From contig CM052816.1 of the NCBI GenBank assembly GCA_028534125.1, positions 16,990,001 through 17,054,000 of the forward strand: a stretch of 64,000 nt of DNA, in the 5' to 3' direction. Position numbers and translations under genes: made by a program. The notes beneath the pieces are model-generated. The model worked only from the letters and a program-made list of their open reading frames with translations, was not told the origin of the DNA and ran no database searches. Positions 62,880-64,000 of the stretch are shown here, piece after piece (position 1 is the first letter of the stretch; each line of letters starts with the position of its first letter). The DNA is from Lama glama (taxonomy: Eukaryota).

Positions 62880-63613
62880 GTAACATAATCTGAATCTTAC
62901 CAATCAGTCATTTAACATTAATTTCAAAGTTCTTACCTTTCAGAAATCTTGACATGTAAGCAGTAATTATAGTAATTCTGAGATTAATTTCTTAAGTTCC
63001 CATTTGGGGACAGATATTCTTTGGGGTTGTATTGTCTAGTTAAAGGAATGGCAATTTCTTAGATTCCTGTAGTGTTATTTACTTTTTATGATTGGTAAGC
63101 CTAAGGTATAGGATGATAAGAAGAAGGAGAAAAGGCAGGAGACAAGACAAGGAGTAGGAGGGAAAAGAAGAAAGAAAAAAATATATATATGTGGCAGAAT
63201 GTCTGATAATAGCCAGTGGTGTTGCTTAGTGGTGATGTTACTATGTTTATCCTTGGTGTGATAGAACATCCTAGCAAAAGCTAGAAGATAGCTTCATTTC
63301 TAAGTTTGGAATATACCTAAAGCTTGTTCTTAGACACCAGCCTGAAGGAATTAAAATATCATATTAGACATCAGACACTAAGCCAAGTGAAGAAAAAAAC
63401 TGATTTGTCTTTGTTGGGTTGGTTTTTCAGTGTGACTAAAAGTAGGACTTAGCTGGAATGGACAAGAAAAATATAGATAGAGGTAGGCAGAAAGGTAAAA
63501 GAACCAAGATTTGAGGAAATGCTTCTGTTCCTAGAGCTAAATGACATTCTTATGTCCATAATGCAGTGACATGTTTCATTATATAGGAAAGTTTATGAAG
63601 TCAGCATGTAATA

Positions 63614-63824
63614 CAATTGACCCTTGAACAACACAGGTTTGAACTGTGTGAGTGCACTTATATACATATGCTTTTCAGTGAATATGTACTTCTCTACATG
63701 ATCTGCAGTTGGTTGAATTCACAGGAACCACAGATATGGAGGGCCGACTGCAAAGTTTTAAAAGGGTTTTCAATGGTGTGGAGGGTCGGTGCCCCTAACC
63801 CCTGTGTTGTTCAAGGGTCAGTTG
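63614..63824. mobile_element. Tigger2-family (MER8/MER28-like) MITE
   Basis: Terminal inverted repeats caattgacccttgaacaacaca and tgtgttgttcaagggtcagttg, flanked by TA on both sides. Confidence 0.88.
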
Positions 63825-64000
63825 TATTAAACATTTCTTGAATGTTTAAATTGTTTTTTTCTGGCTTTTTTTGTATTACGGAATGTTTTTAATTTTTTGA
63901 ATTGGGACTTGTAGAGAAATTCAGTGATGTTAAGAAATTATAACTACTTCCTTAATTGCTGTCATACTTGGACCTTTTATGTTTGTATCCTTAAGCAGTG

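Noticed and set aside
1..64000. CRISPR arrays, operons, defence systems, rRNA or other prokaryotic features
   Set aside because: None seen; the sequence is intron-containing mammalian DNA, and its short direct repeats are TSDs or microsatellites.

Overview
Mammalian genomic DNA, most likely a camelid judging by its tRNA-derived SINEs, corresponding to the WNT8A-FAM13B neighbourhood (human 5q31). The minus strand carries a complete six-exon WNT8A coding sequence (8951 down to 4602, 352 aa, all introns GT-AG). A repeat-rich interval of about 38 kb follows (L1, L2, MIR, ERV LTRs, DNA transposons). FAM13B then starts on the plus strand at a CpG island (~47400-48500), with a non-coding exon at 60652-60819 and its first two coding exons at 62077-62233 and 62667-62879; the gene continues beyond the window. 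I found no prokaryote-type system, CRISPR array, rRNA, true tRNA or convincing new protein-coding gene. The best leads are: tandem and overlapping uORFs in the FAM13B leader; Gln at the arginine-finger position of the FAM13B RhoGAP domain; a candidate WNT8A enhancer with a DR2 RARE-like site next to a CTCF site; apparent absence of two human WNT8A isoforms; splice and polyA signals for an antisense transcript; and several unusual L1 insertions. Gene, repeat-family and motif names come from recognition and memory, not from database searches.
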